A stretch of DNA of 64,000 nucleotides, taken from the NCBI RefSeq assembly GCF_009914755.1, contig NC_060945.1; one strand, given 5' to 3'. Origin of the DNA: the human T2T-CHM13v2.0 reference genome, Homo sapiens. Made by a program: the position numbers and the translations under genes. Each line of letters begins with the position of its first letter. Positions within the stretch are counted from its first letter, which is position 1. This document shows, in pieces, positions 1-13,058 of the stretch. The notes under the pieces were generated by a model. It was not told the DNA's origin. It did not search any database and saw nothing but the letters and a program-made list of their open reading frames with translations.

Positions 1-20
1 TTTTTTTTTTTTTTTTTTTT

Positions 21-1479
21 TTGCAAACACTATGGGATCTTGGAGAAGCTCTGGGAAGTCTTTTATACTATTCTTAAGTTCAGTCTTTGTCCAACGGGTG
101 TGCATAATAGGAGGCTCACATCTTTCTGCAGGTTTTACCTTGAAAGGGGCTGCAAAAATAGGAGTTTCAGAAAGGATGTCAGAGATGTAGAAAATTTCCT
201 CAGGTGGTCAGGGAGGTAGAGTTGAAGGCAAGTAAGGACAGGAAAGTTTAGATACAAGAAGATATAAAGGTTCAGGCGTGGGTGGAGAAGGAGCAGTGGA
301 GGTGGAAGGGAGAAGAAGGTCTCCTAAGTGAAGTCCTTTTTAATTCAGAAATAGTCTCAGATATCTTTTTCTTTATCTCCTGAATGGAGGCAATTTTTTC
401 AACCTTTTTAGAAGCTTCTACCTGCCATTAGAAGTGAGTCTCTCATTCAATATTTCTGGTTTTAAAACCAGTTTTTCCGGTTGTACATGCAAATAATTTT
501 GTAAGCATTTCAAAAGACCCACATTTCAGCCACTGTAGCTTATCACCAACCTGGGCCATGGGGGTCCATTTTTCTAGATATTTACAAAAGAACACTCTTT
601 AAGTATTTTACATAAAACCAAATGGTGTTTTTAAAGGAGATCATCCCTTTAAAAAGTGCTCATATTTTGAAGCTTGATTTTCCATAATTTAAGAACTTTT
701 GGAAAGCGTCCAAGGCTGAAAACATGCTTTGGGTCAAAGTATGCTGCCTATGAGCATCACTCCCCAGAGCGTCACCTAAACATCATGAATTGCTATATTG
801 GGTGTCTCAGAATTTCTGGCTAATTACAGTGGCAGTGGCAGAGTGCTCAGAGTGCCAGGTGACCAACTCTTATGTGCACTTTCTGGCTGAGCTGAAAGTC
901 CCTCCAGGTTTTCTTTTTTCAGGGAAGCCCTATAAGGCTGCTATACATCACAGCCAAATGTTGAGGCCCCTCTGCAAAGTCTGTAGTCTCCTAGAGCACC
1001 CAAATGGGTCGGGGGAGCAATTGCCTCTTCTCTTTTGAATAGAAAATAAGCCTCATAAAATACAGGGGCAGAATTTGGTTACAATAAGAAATAAAGCAGG
1101 TCCAGAAAAGCATTACTTCAAAACAATTGTTCAGATAGAGAAAATCCATCAGTGTTCACTGTTTAACCAATAAGCCAAACTTCTGGCCAAAGGCAAAGGT
1201 AGAAAAGGCAGCTTTTTTGTTTTTGTTTTGTTCCTGAGACCCAAATATACCAGATGGAAACCTCCATTCTAGAAAGGGAGGGTTGGAATAGACAGATAAA
1301 GAAAAGTCTAGACATCATCAAAGAGTAGGGAGGTCAGAATCCAGAAGGACTCATTCCTTACACTGGATAATGCTGTCAGAGGCAGAACACAAGGGGTTCT
1401 AGGTGACCAGGCATCAAGTCCAGAAAGAGTGTTGCATGGTGGGATGGATTGCTCTGAACCCTGCTTGCAGTGTCAGAAA
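21..1479 (-). mobile_element. Class I (ERV1) provirus internal 5' portion: leader plus decayed gag, running off the left edge of the window
   Basis: Minus-strand ATG at 685 reads MENQASKYEHFLKG*SPLKTPFGFM*NT*RVFFCKYLEKWTPMAQVGDKLQWLKCGSFEM (matrix-like W..GSF motif, in-frame stops), followed by a pyrimidine/Pro-rich stretch. It abuts a PBS and an LTR. Confidence 0.75.
1456..1475 (-). other. Retroviral primer-binding site, tRNA-Ser-like
   Basis: Minus strand TGACACTGCAAGCAGGGTTC lies 4 nt after the LTR end (..TCAACA). It matches TGGCGCAGCGAGCAGGGTTC (complement of the tRNA-Ser 3' end, recalled) at 16/20; two mismatches are CpG decay. Confidence 0.6.
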
Positions 1480-2275
1480 TGTTGATCTAAATAATGAAAT
1501 TGAGTGACAAAATAAAATTTTGGAGTTTACTTGAGCCAAAGTGAGGACAGCTGCCTATGAAACACTTCCGGGTTACCTCGTGTATTAGTCTGGTTTCACA
1601 CTGCTAATAAAGACCTACCCGAGACTGGGTAATTTATAAAGGAAAGTAGTTTAATGGACTCACAGTACCACATAGCTAGGGAGGCCTCGCAATCATGGTG
1701 GAAGGCAAAGGAGAAGCAAAGGCACATCTTACATGGTGGCAGTCAAGAGAGCATATGTAGGAGAACCCTCATTTATAAAACCATCAGATCTCATGAGACG
1801 TATTCACTACCACGAGAACAGGTATGGGGGAAATCGCCCCCATGATTCAATTGTCTCCACCTGGTTCTGCCCTTGAGCTTTGGGTGGGGACACAGCCAAA
1901 CCATAACACCTTGTGAAGTGCATTTTTCAGCTTTTGTTACAAGCATGTTTTTAAAGAAAGCAGGGAAAGAAGTGGACTGAAACAAGGTTGTTTGTCAGAA
2001 ATTATCATTGGTTTACAGAAATAACATTAATTAGTGATTGACTATACATTGTTGAACATAGGGTATGAATTATGGTGTCCAGTATGCAGCATTGTTAGAT
2101 TAATTTCTAGCAACTTGTGGCATCAGCCTAGAGCCCACATAGCAAGCAGCTTCTGGAGATGAATACTTAACTCAAGGCAAGGGAGCAAAACATGGCTGTT
2201 GTCTCATTCCAGTGCCTGTCTGGATCTGATAATTTAAAGGCTCCCATTTCTCAGATAAGTTTCCTTTCTTCCTCA
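1480..2275 (-). mobile_element. ERV1 5' LTR (MER4-group), split by a THE1 LTR
   Basis: TG...CA termini (tgttga at 1480, cctca at 2275), ~460 bp after removing the insert, adjacent to PBS and gag. Confidence 0.7.
1581..1908 (-). mobile_element. THE1C/D solo LTR (MaLR)
   Basis: tgtattagtc...cacagccaaaccataaca termini; 5-bp TSD cctcg/ccttg; small internal deletion near 1875. Confidence 0.92.
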
Positions 2276-4177
2276 TTTTGGAGCTTGTTGCCTTTTAATA
2301 ACTTAATTCCCAGTAACATTACAGAATGAAACAGCTGAGCACAATGTGAGAAATAATCTACAACAGTTTTTCTTCATGTAGATGAGAAAGAAACCTCAAA
2401 GAATACAAAAATTTACTTGCTAAAGATCATGCTGTTAGCTAATATTAGACTTGCAAGAAAGTATCCTTTTCTGATATCAATTTTGATGATTTCTTAAACA
2501 GTCTGACTACCTGCTGCATAAAACCTCTTCTTCTACTTTTTTTATTACATATTTATCTTTTCTGCCACTTCTCTAGTTTACCGTCTTTTTTTACTTTTAA
2601 CAACTAAGCAAAACAATATGTTTAACTTGTCAAAGAAGACTTTGACAACTAAAGATACAATACTGTTTCTTTGACTTCTGATGACTCCTCTAATAAATGT
2701 ACACATCAGTCTACCTCACCTAATAAGTAAATCATTTTGGGGTATAATTACAGAACAGAAAATGCTGCTTTAAATGTTGACTAGGATGGGAATAACTAAT
2801 CTTTATAATTAAACTGAAAGCTTTTCAAAGAGTTCAGTTCCTTAGACTAAGGCTTCCCACTGCTAAAAAGTAAATTACTTTGGAGACATTTCAGGGATCT
2901 GAAGTCTTTTCTCAGATTCATAGGGACACACAGAGTTCTCCAGTACACGGCCCCAGGGAGAGTTTCACTTCTGAACAGATGCTAATGTTTCATGCAATTT
3001 AGCAGTGGATATGGTAATGAAACAATTTTATTTAACTGTAGACTAGAAGGGAGACACAACCTGCATGATTTGATAATGTTCAAATTGAAACTGCCTTAAG
3101 GAGATGGAAATTGACACATATCTAGCGTTGTTTAAAATTTACAAAGTACTTAAAATGTCTTTTTGTCAATAAAAATGTTCTTTACTTTTATCTGTATTTG
3201 GCGTGAAGTTTTTATCATTCTAACCATATTGTAGGTGGTGTGGCAAAAACAAGAGATATTGTTTTATTGGCCTTCTGTGTCTATTAAATGATTTTTTCTG
3301 TGGGAAAATGTCTGATAAGAAAAATACATATTTTAAAATAATAAGATATCATAACTAAAGAACTGGAAAGTATCATATGAAATAACCTTTTCTTTTCTAT
3401 GAAATTTTCTATAAACTGGCTCAAAAATGTATCTTAATGAATTTGTGGTTTTAAATGACTGATATTCACACTTCTTGTACCAGAAAATCATGTATAAGAA
3501 AATGTCCTCCAAAGTTGCATTGTTTTCTTTTCCTAGAACTGGCTAGATAAAAATATCCAGAAAACACTGATGTTGTCTACAGCAATTATCAATTATTAAC
3601 ATATCACGACTAGAAGCCAACTGTAAGAAGACTAAACTGATTTTTAAAAATAATTTTACATTTTCCTTATTTGACACCAAATAATAAACCACTCATATTT
3701 ATAACCTGGTCTCCATTGGTATATTTTCATGTTCTGTCAATTATTTAAATTTCTATGTGTTTACTAGGGTTTGTGGTGTCAGTTCTTCTTCTTCTGCCAT
3801 AAGAATAATAAGGGGATCTTAAGCGTCCCTGAATGTTAGAATTTGATTGTGTTATAATGAGGAGAACCAGGAACAAATTGCCATTTTAATGTATCAACTG
3901 GGAAAAACACAGATGGGACTCTCTAATAGGCAATTATGAAAAGTTTAAAGAAGGAATAATTGACTTGAGTGGCCGGGGATACAACAAACTAAGAGAGAAG
4001 TTACCATCCATAGGACAGAAGAGTCAAAGGGTAAAATAAGTTTTAATCCAGAGGGAAGCCAGGAGCCTGGGCTTTAGAAAAATCACCCAACAATAGCTTT
4101 AGGCTTTGGAGAGAAACGGCCACTGGCCACCCTCATCGCCCTATTTCTATTATCCCATATCCTATCAGTATCACCTT

Positions 4178-4475
4178 TGCAGGTGGCAGAATATGCTACC
4201 CCAAAATATGTCATTTGGCATAAAAATTACTTTGAGTTAAAGGCACTTGAAAAATAACAAATGCAAGACAAGAACTCTGATGTGTTATTTTCTTCCTGAA
4301 AATAGGAGATGAAACTGTCAAGTGAAAGATACCCTTCTTGTACCCGTAGGAAACACACATTCTCTCTCTCTCTCTCTCTCTCTCTCACATGGTGAGATGT
4401 GAGATAAGATGAACCATCTTATCACCAGAAACAGGGAGTTGAGGCCCAGGAAAATCTGTGCAAATAAGTCTTATT
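4178..4475 (+). mobile_element. MER34-like ERV1 LTR, 5' part, containing (TC)n
   Basis: cagaatatgctaccccaaaatatgtcatttggcataaaaattactttgag resembles the MER34 LTR start as recalled. Confidence 0.55.
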
Positions 4476-4649
4476 AAGACTTATAGATATGTTATAGATA
4501 AATAATATAAATTGGAACTTTATAGTTAAAATGAGAAAGACCTTACAGGTTATATAGACCAACTTTCTCACTTCACATCTGGCAAAATGAAGAACCAGAG
4601 AACTGAAGAGATCTACTTGAGTAAACCGGTTGGTAGTTGCAAAAGTAAA

Positions 4650-4881
4650 TATAAATATACTATATATATATATATATATAAAAAATATATATAGCATTTA
4701 TATATAATATATATAGTATTTATACATATTATATATAGTATTTATATATATATGTATACTTGTATATATAAATATAAGTATATATACGTATATAAGTGTA
4801 TATAAATATAAGTATATACTATATATAAGTATATAGTATATATAGTGTAAATATATAGCATATATAAACTATATATATATA
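4650..4881. repeat. Degenerate (TA)n low-complexity tract
   Basis: Directly visible. Confidence 0.95.
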
Positions 4882-5608
4882 AAGAGAGAAACGTTTAAAT
4901 TTTTCTCATTAAAAATGTATAAGGCACCCCAGTAGTTACTCACATGAAAGTTATTACAATTAAACCTCAAAGCATCCCTATAAGAAAGACTTTAATATCA
5001 TTGCATCCACTTAATTATCTGGGAAATATTTCTCAAAGTTATTTAGGTAACTTGCCTTGGGTCCCACATTACGAAATGCCAGAGTGACGTTAATTCACAT
5101 TTCATAAGCTAAATCTTAAGTGAAGTTTTTATTTGATGGTCTAGAGTTCTAGGAGCCTCATTTGACATTAAAAAAAGAAGTCTTTAAAATTCTCCTGTAA
5201 AATATACAGCCATTTTCTGTCAATTTATTTCACTGGTAGTATCAGTTTTCATTTAAATATATGTACAAATACATTAAAATTTTTCATAAAATAAATATTG
5301 CATCCCTTCTTTGCAGAACTTGTTCGTGGTATCCTGTATGTCAACAGCATGTTTATTTGGCAGCAAACTGCTTTGGCATGTTTAGGTGGAAGCATGCAGA
5401 AAATTATTAGAAAATAAAGTTCTATTTATCTTGTATTCTTGGAAACTCTTTAAATATGCAGATAACATATGAATACTCTAGATATCTCTTTGCCTATATA
5501 AAATTTAACTTGTGTTATAACATTTTCATTTTGAAAAGGTGTTCATGGGACCCACGGCATTTCTAGAACTTTATGACATAAAACTTATTGCTTTACAATT
5601 GTGTAGGA

Positions 5609-5931
<323 letters not shown>

Positions 5932-6427
5932 TTACTTAGCAATCACAACTTGCTGTGACTGTAACAGCTTTTCATATATTGAATACTCCACCTTTAAATC
6001 AAATCATTTTTATTTTCTTCTTGCTGTATATAATGTTACACAGACAGACATGAGACAGCAACTGTGACCAAAAAGGTCATTAATAATTAAATGGGTTCTT
6101 AGTCCAGGATTTAGTATTTCCTAAACCCTGTTGTCTGATGTGTTAGTTGGCTGAACTTAAAATAGTGAACAGGAAAAGTAAAACTCTTTAAAGTGTGAAT
6201 ATCACCGTCAACAAGAGAAGAGATGTTTATTCACATTATTGATCCTCAATTTTAAGACCTGTTTGTCACTCAGTAAGTTTTAGAGAATTAGACCATGTAT
6301 AGTACTTCAATGGGTCTGCAATGACACTGACATAATGTGTTGTTAAGGGTAGGAACAAAATAGAACTCTTCAGTGGAAAATCCTATGTAGCCTTTTATTT
6401 AGTGGAAAGGGATCTGCAAGAAAGCCG

Positions 6428-6428
6428 T

Positions 6429-6469
<41 letters not shown>

Positions 6470-6475
6470 TGTATG
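6428..6475. repeat. (TG)n microsatellite
   Basis: Directly visible. Confidence 0.95.
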
Positions 6476-6789
6476 TTTGTTAGACAAAGCTCCCAGAATA
6501 GACTTAAAATGAAGCTTGTCTTTTTGTGAGGCCTTTGACAAAGAGTTAAGCACCATTCCAAAAACCTCACTCTGCCTTATTCCTGTCCAATTCTGTATCT
6601 TTATAGTCTATTAGTGTTCACATTTTATAATTATTCAGACCCATAGGAACGTGCTACTTTCTTAACCTTTCTACCATATCTTAGAAACCCTAAATAATTC
6701 ATGGTCTGTTTTTACCTTAAAGTGATTTTCACAGTCATAGACAAGTCAGTTTAAAGTAATGTGACACAGAGTAACAAAATGAACAAAAA

Positions 6790-6945
6790 AGCATTTTGCT
6801 AAGCTCTTTATACACACTGCCATGTTGTTCTTTATGACAAATTTATGAGGTAGGTTCCTTAGCCCCATTTCACAGGCTGAGAACCTGAGACTGTCAACAC
6901 TAAGCTGATTTTACTGTGATTACATCTTAGTGAGTGACAGATCTA
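6790..6945 (-). mobile_element. MIR fragment
   Basis: atgaggtagg...ccccatttcacaggctgagaacctgagac MIR core-like. Confidence 0.6.
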
Positions 6946-6985
6946 GCAATCATGGAATTGAGAAGGCCCCACCTATGTTATGTTA

Positions 6986-7092
6986 TAACATAACATAACA
7001 TAACATAACATAACATAACATAACATAACATAGCATAGCATAGCATAGCATAGCATAGCATAGCATAGCATAGCATGGCAACATAACATAAC
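6986..7092. repeat. Compound pentanucleotide repeat (TAACA)9(TAGCA)9
   Basis: Counted from sequence: TAACA 6986-7030, TAGCA 7031-7075, then degenerate units. Confidence 0.95.
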
Positions 7093-7867
7093 ACAGGGGG
7101 CCTTCTCAATTATGTTATAACATAACATAGGGGAGGCCTTATAATTTTCTTCATTCTTATCTTGATGTGAAATAAGGACAACATCTGCAACAGGAGGTTG
7201 TGATCACTGTAAGAAACAGCTTCAGAATTACAAAATCTTTTCTTCTACAAGTTAATCTGTACTTTCACTCATTTGCAAATATTTCAAGGCTTCTTCACTC
7301 TTGAATATCAATAAAGCGATGCTCACATTGATATATTCAAGTTTCTCTATTTCATTTCTTCATTAGAAGCTCTTTGGTTCACAAAGTTTATTATCTCTAG
7401 GAAATGCTACAGAGGTGCTCTCCTGTTTTTATATATGTTATCACTCACCTCAGTTACATCATCGTGTATTTTCTTTCTGCTTCAAGCTTCTTGAAGTTTC
7501 ACTGCATGCAAAATCACGTTAAAAGAGAATAATAGCCAATGTTCACGTTACATGTGTCGTCTGTCAATGGTCCCATTCTTTAAATATTGATACATTTCTC
7601 AATTCTGTTCAGAATTTGATAAATCTCTTCTCCATAACTTGAACCTGCATTGCTTTGTTCATAATTTCATGACACTAACTCTTCCGTATTTTTAAGGAAT
7701 TGTTAATGCACACAATAATACCTCACTGGTAAGCAGAAATAATAGGTTGTACCATGGTATGATCAGAATTTGTCTACGTATACCTGCACACATACACACA
7801 TACACCCTCCATAAATATTCTCATAAATCAATCTTAATTTAATGAGAAGTAACTTGCATTTCAGCAT

Positions 7868-8170
7868 TGTGTGTGTGTGTTTGTGTGTCTGTATTTGTTT
7901 TGAGAGAGGGTTTTGCGTTGTCACGTAGGCTGGGGTGCAGTGAGATAATAGCCCACTGCAGCCTTGAACTCCTGGTCTCAATTATCTCACCAAGTAGCTG
8001 GGACTGCAGGTGCTCACCACCATGCTCACTAATATTTTTACTTTTATTTTTGTAGAGACATAGTTTCACTACGTCACCCAGGCTGGTCGCAAACTCCTGG
8101 CCTCAAGCAAACCTCCCGCCTCAGACCCCACAAAGTGCTGGGACAACAGGCATGAGCCACCACACCTGGC
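7868..8170 (-). mobile_element. AluJ with tail converted to (TG)n
   Basis: cactgcagccttgaactcctgg and ctcctggcctcaagc AluJ-type motifs. Confidence 0.9.
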
Positions 8171-8785
8171 AAATATTTTCAATATCACAGAAGCAGTTTT
8201 TATGCTCACAGAGTCTCAACCTTAAACCATAACTCCATTTTAAAAGAGAATATTTGTTTTAAATTTCAGTAGATAAAAGGTACAGTAAGTGATTGCATAA
8301 AGAAGAAAGTTATAAAAGGTGAATTCAACTCTTTACAATCTTAAAACCAGAATAGGTCTTACAGCTTTAACAGCAAAATTAAGCATTTTCTCCATCTTTC
8401 TCTTTAGGTAAAAAAGTGCATTTTGGTAATGCTGATCTTCAAGAAATAATGTGTTTCTACTTTTCTATGCTATAGAGACTAAGGAAACACAAAAACGTAT
8501 TAGAATCAAAGTGTCAAGTAGAATTGCGCATGCTTTGGTCTTGAATATAAATTTGTATTTCCTCCCATCATAGACACATTTACAAAGACAAAGGAAGTCT
8601 TTGTATAACAGGAAATCTAACTCCTGTACTCTTAAAATTTTATGATTTTTGTCTTCAGATGTTAGAGAAAAATACAAAAAACAATTTTGTTGGATGTGGT
8701 TTTGTAGCCTTACTTAGATAGGTAGAACTAAATAACAGATTATGTTTATCTGTAAGTAGCAATATCTAGTTTGACTTTCCTAATC

Positions 8786-8920
8786 TTTTTTATTTGTTTT
8801 TAATTGGCAAATAAAAATTATATATATTTATATTATACACAATGATGTTTTCATATTTGTATGCATTGAGTAATGGCTAAATGAAGCTATTTAACATATG
8901 CATTAACTCATCTACCTAAT
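8786..8920 (-). mobile_element. L1MA 3' end fragment
   Basis: aattggcaaataaaaattatatatattta...aatggctaaatgaagctatttaacatatgcatta. Confidence 0.7.
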
Positions 8921-10371
8921 ATTTCAATTAAAATATCTCCAAGAAGAGAAAATGCACAAAATAATTAAGCAAAACTTTCTTGCATTTAATGAAATGCAAA
9001 AATTAATGAATTGCACTTAATGACGTGTGAAATTAATGAATAAAATGCTAGCCAGAAGTAGCCCATCATCCTGAACCAACAGTAGACCAATCAGTCCCAT
9101 TTCTTGAGCTAATTTCATTTTCTCAAGCTGTGTTACTGCTACACAAAGCAGTAGATATTGGAGATATCAATAAATCTGCTATTGTGTTTTTATTAAAACT
9201 CAAAACCCACAAGAATTTATGCTTTAGGAAATAAAATCTCCAACTCTTAGAAAACAGATTGATATGAACATTTGCTGTCTGAACATCAGAAAGATGGTAT
9301 GCCATTTAAAATTAGCTCTAAACAGTCTTCCACCCTAGGCTTGCATAATTATCATGAATTTTAATTTTGTTGTTGGTGGTGATCTAACTGCATGAAAATC
9401 ATCAGAGACTAATACTTGTCATACCCTTTCTCTTGACTTTGTGGCAAAAGTCTACTGACCTTGTCTTAAGAGCAGATGCAACTAAATTAGTGCAATCCTG
9501 CCAACTTAGTTTTATGGTATCTCAAACGTGATGGTTCCTCACACTGTACAGTCTACATTGCTCACTGGCACAGCATTGTCATAAGTAAACTTAACTCCAG
9601 TGGAATTCAATTACAATCTTCTTCACACATTTATATTTGATATTGCAATACTTAAAATACTGTTATAAAATTTATAACTGTTAGCCACTCTCTGAGAGCT
9701 ATTGAAGCACCAAACATATTGGACATCTAGAAAATCTGATTTTCCCATTTTTTAATAAATTAACAGATACTATCATATGACCAAAATGAGAAATTATTAG
9801 CTAAATACACAATAATGTGTCTCAACTCATAATAAGAACAATTATCAGACTTGTAACTTTGTTCATTTATGAGAGATTCCTCAAAATCAACAGATAATAT
9901 GTATTTTGGGGTAAATAAGGATTTCGGAATGCTTTTAAAAGAAGGAATCTCTTTACTTCAACAAGAAGCACAACCAAGAATATTTAGCAGACTAAAAAAC
10001 TGTAAAGCTATTAACACTTCCAAAGAAAGTGGCTAATATGAAGAAAATCATTGGGCAGTTGCAGGGAGTTAACATGGAGAATAAGAAAATACCTTAGTTG
10101 ATTATTATGTCAAATAGGCATCTCTCACTGAAGTCCTAGCTTCTACACTACCTTAAAACTACACATTTTCAAAATTTCAAAGAAGCTGTGGAAAGTCAGC
10201 AACAGTTCCAGAATATAAAAATTAATGGAAAAATATCTAAATACGAGTTACAAAACAAACCTCTAACAATTTCAGGATGGCCATGTGATCATGCCAGATG
10301 ATCTCAAAGAGAAATCTTCAAACAATTTACAGGAATTTATCCATCACAGCCAGGTTACAGTAATGACCTGT

Positions 10372-10525
10372 GTAGGTGATGAGGGATAAAAGACTACACA
10401 TTGGATACAGTATACACTGCTTGGGTGACAGGTGCACCAAAATCTCAGAAATCAGCACTAAAGAACTTATTCATGTAACAAAACACTACGTGTTCCCCAA
10501 AGACCTATTAAAATAGAAAATAAAT
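10372..10525 (+). mobile_element. L1PB 3' end fragment
   Basis: gagggataaaagactacacattgg...gcaccaaaatctcagaaatcagcactaaagaactt. Confidence 0.85.
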
Positions 10526-10531
10526 TTTTTT

Positions 10532-10873
<342 letters not shown>

Positions 10874-11240
10874 TCAGAAGCATGCCTCATATGTCACTAG
10901 CATAATCCTGATAAAATTATCAAGGCAAAATTTGAACAAGAGCCCAAGGGAGCCTCATGGTTTTGAAGACTTCTGAGTGGACTTCATACCACTGCAGCTT
11001 GCAAAGGTTTTAAATATGGTGTGGTTAATATTTACTTATTCATATTTTTTGTAAAATTTAGCTTGGAAAGTGACTACAGGAGAGATGACACATATTTGGA
11101 AGTTGTTTCTCTTTTGCAAATTTTACAGTGAAGGCTCAGTGGATTTTCTGATTCAGACCTATAACCACCCTAGTCACAAATATTCATGCCTCATACCTGA
11201 CCATGATTACAAACGATGCTAAAAACCACAGAATAATATA

Positions 11241-11315
11241 TTCGGTTGGTGCAAAAGTAATTGCTTTTGCCATTACAAAAAAGGCAAAGTCACAATTACT
11301 TTTGCACCAGCCTAA
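11241..11315. mobile_element. MADE1 (Hsmar1-derived MITE)
   Basis: TIRs ttcggttggtgcaaaagtaattg / caattacttttgcaccagcctaa flanked by TA on both sides. Confidence 0.93.
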
Positions 11316-13058
11316 TACAACAGCCTCACGGGAGCATTCTGCTTAAAATCATTTGGTGACCCACCAAAGATTGTATTCGAATTGAGACACACATTTTTAA
11401 AAAATCTGGCTCCAGGAATGAATAAAGCTCATTCTACCTAGAAGATACTCATGGGATAGATGCAAATTGTTGTAATAAAGACAAAGAATTAAGCTGAGAT
11501 TTGAACAACCCATCATAAAAGCTAATGCAAAACTTGGAATTTAGGCTTAGCTGGAAGATTGTTTGCAAGACCAAAAAGCTCAACATTATCTAGAAGACTC
11601 TGATAAGATTCACTGACTATACAACATAACACTCATGCTCTCCAGGATAAAATCCAAAATTACTCAACATTAAACAAACAAGCAAAACAAACAGAAAATA
11701 TGACCAAGTCTCAAGGAAAAACATAATTAGATACTACCCTTGAGATGATAAAGTTACTGAAATTATCTAGCAAAGACTTTAAAGTTCTTAAAAATTATGA
11801 AACTATGATAACTCTGAGGTAAAATCAAACACACTTGATATTAATATTAAGTATGAATCTCCAAGAAATGTAATCTTTAAAAAACAAAATAAGAATTTTG
11901 AAACTGACCACTACAATATCTGATCTAAAATTTCACTGGGTGAGCTCAATAGGAGAGTAGATGTGACACAAGCAAGAGTTAGTGAACCTGAAGATAGATC
12001 AATAGAAACTGTGAAATATAAAGAACAGAAAAAAGTAACAGAGTTCAGGAACATGTGAGAAAATACCAAAAAGTTGACTGAATATATCATAGGAATTTAG
12101 AAAAAGGAGGAGGAAGATTAGAGAAGAAAAAATATTTGAAAGAATAACAGTCTAAATCTTTCCAAATTTGTTGAAAGACATAAATTTACAAATTCAAGTT
12201 ACTCAGGAAAACACAAAATGTATAAACTCAAACAACATTATACCTAGAGACATCATAATGAAACTAATGAAACCAAAGTTTAAGAAAGTATCTTGAAAAC
12301 AGCTAGTGAAGGATTTCACAGTATTTACAATGGAACAAATTATAATTACCACAAATTTATTTTCAAAACCATGGAGGCCAGAGAATAATGGAACACCTTT
12401 AACATGCAGACAGAAATCAACTGCATATCAAAAATATTTATCCAGTGATACTTCATAGCAGGAATAAAAACAATGTAAAAATAAAGATATTCTGAGATTA
12501 ATAGAGACAAAAATATATATCAATAGTGGAACTTTCTCTAAAGTAAATGATGCAATTGAATCTGTAGGTTGAAAGAAAGTGATACAAAAAGAACTTATAT
12601 CATTAAGAATGAGAGAACAGCAATAAAAAATGTCAAATATCTGGGATAGCATAAAGAGCATTTTTTCCTCTAAAGTTCTAAACTTTGTAAGATTTTAAAA
12701 GCAAAACTTATTATCCGGTGTGGTTTTCAATGTACATAGGGAAAATACATATGATAATTATGCCATAAAATACAGGATTGAGTATACAGGGATTGAGTTG
12801 GATTTATATTATTAGTGTATGTATTTTATCTTTAACGTGAAGTGGTAAAATAGTAATTCTAATAGGCTGTGAAAAATTAGGCATGTATATTATAATTTCT
12901 GTTATACTCACAAAAATAAAATACCAAATGGCATAGTCAAAAGTCAATTAAAAATTAGGATTGAAATAAATATACATATATATGTATGTGCGTGTGTCTA
13001 TATATACATATATGTCTGTGTGTGCATGTGTGGACATGTGTGCACACACATATGTATA

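Noticed and set aside
6986-7092. CRISPR-like or satellite array
   Set aside because: Simple 5-mer tandem repeat with no spacers; eukaryotic context.
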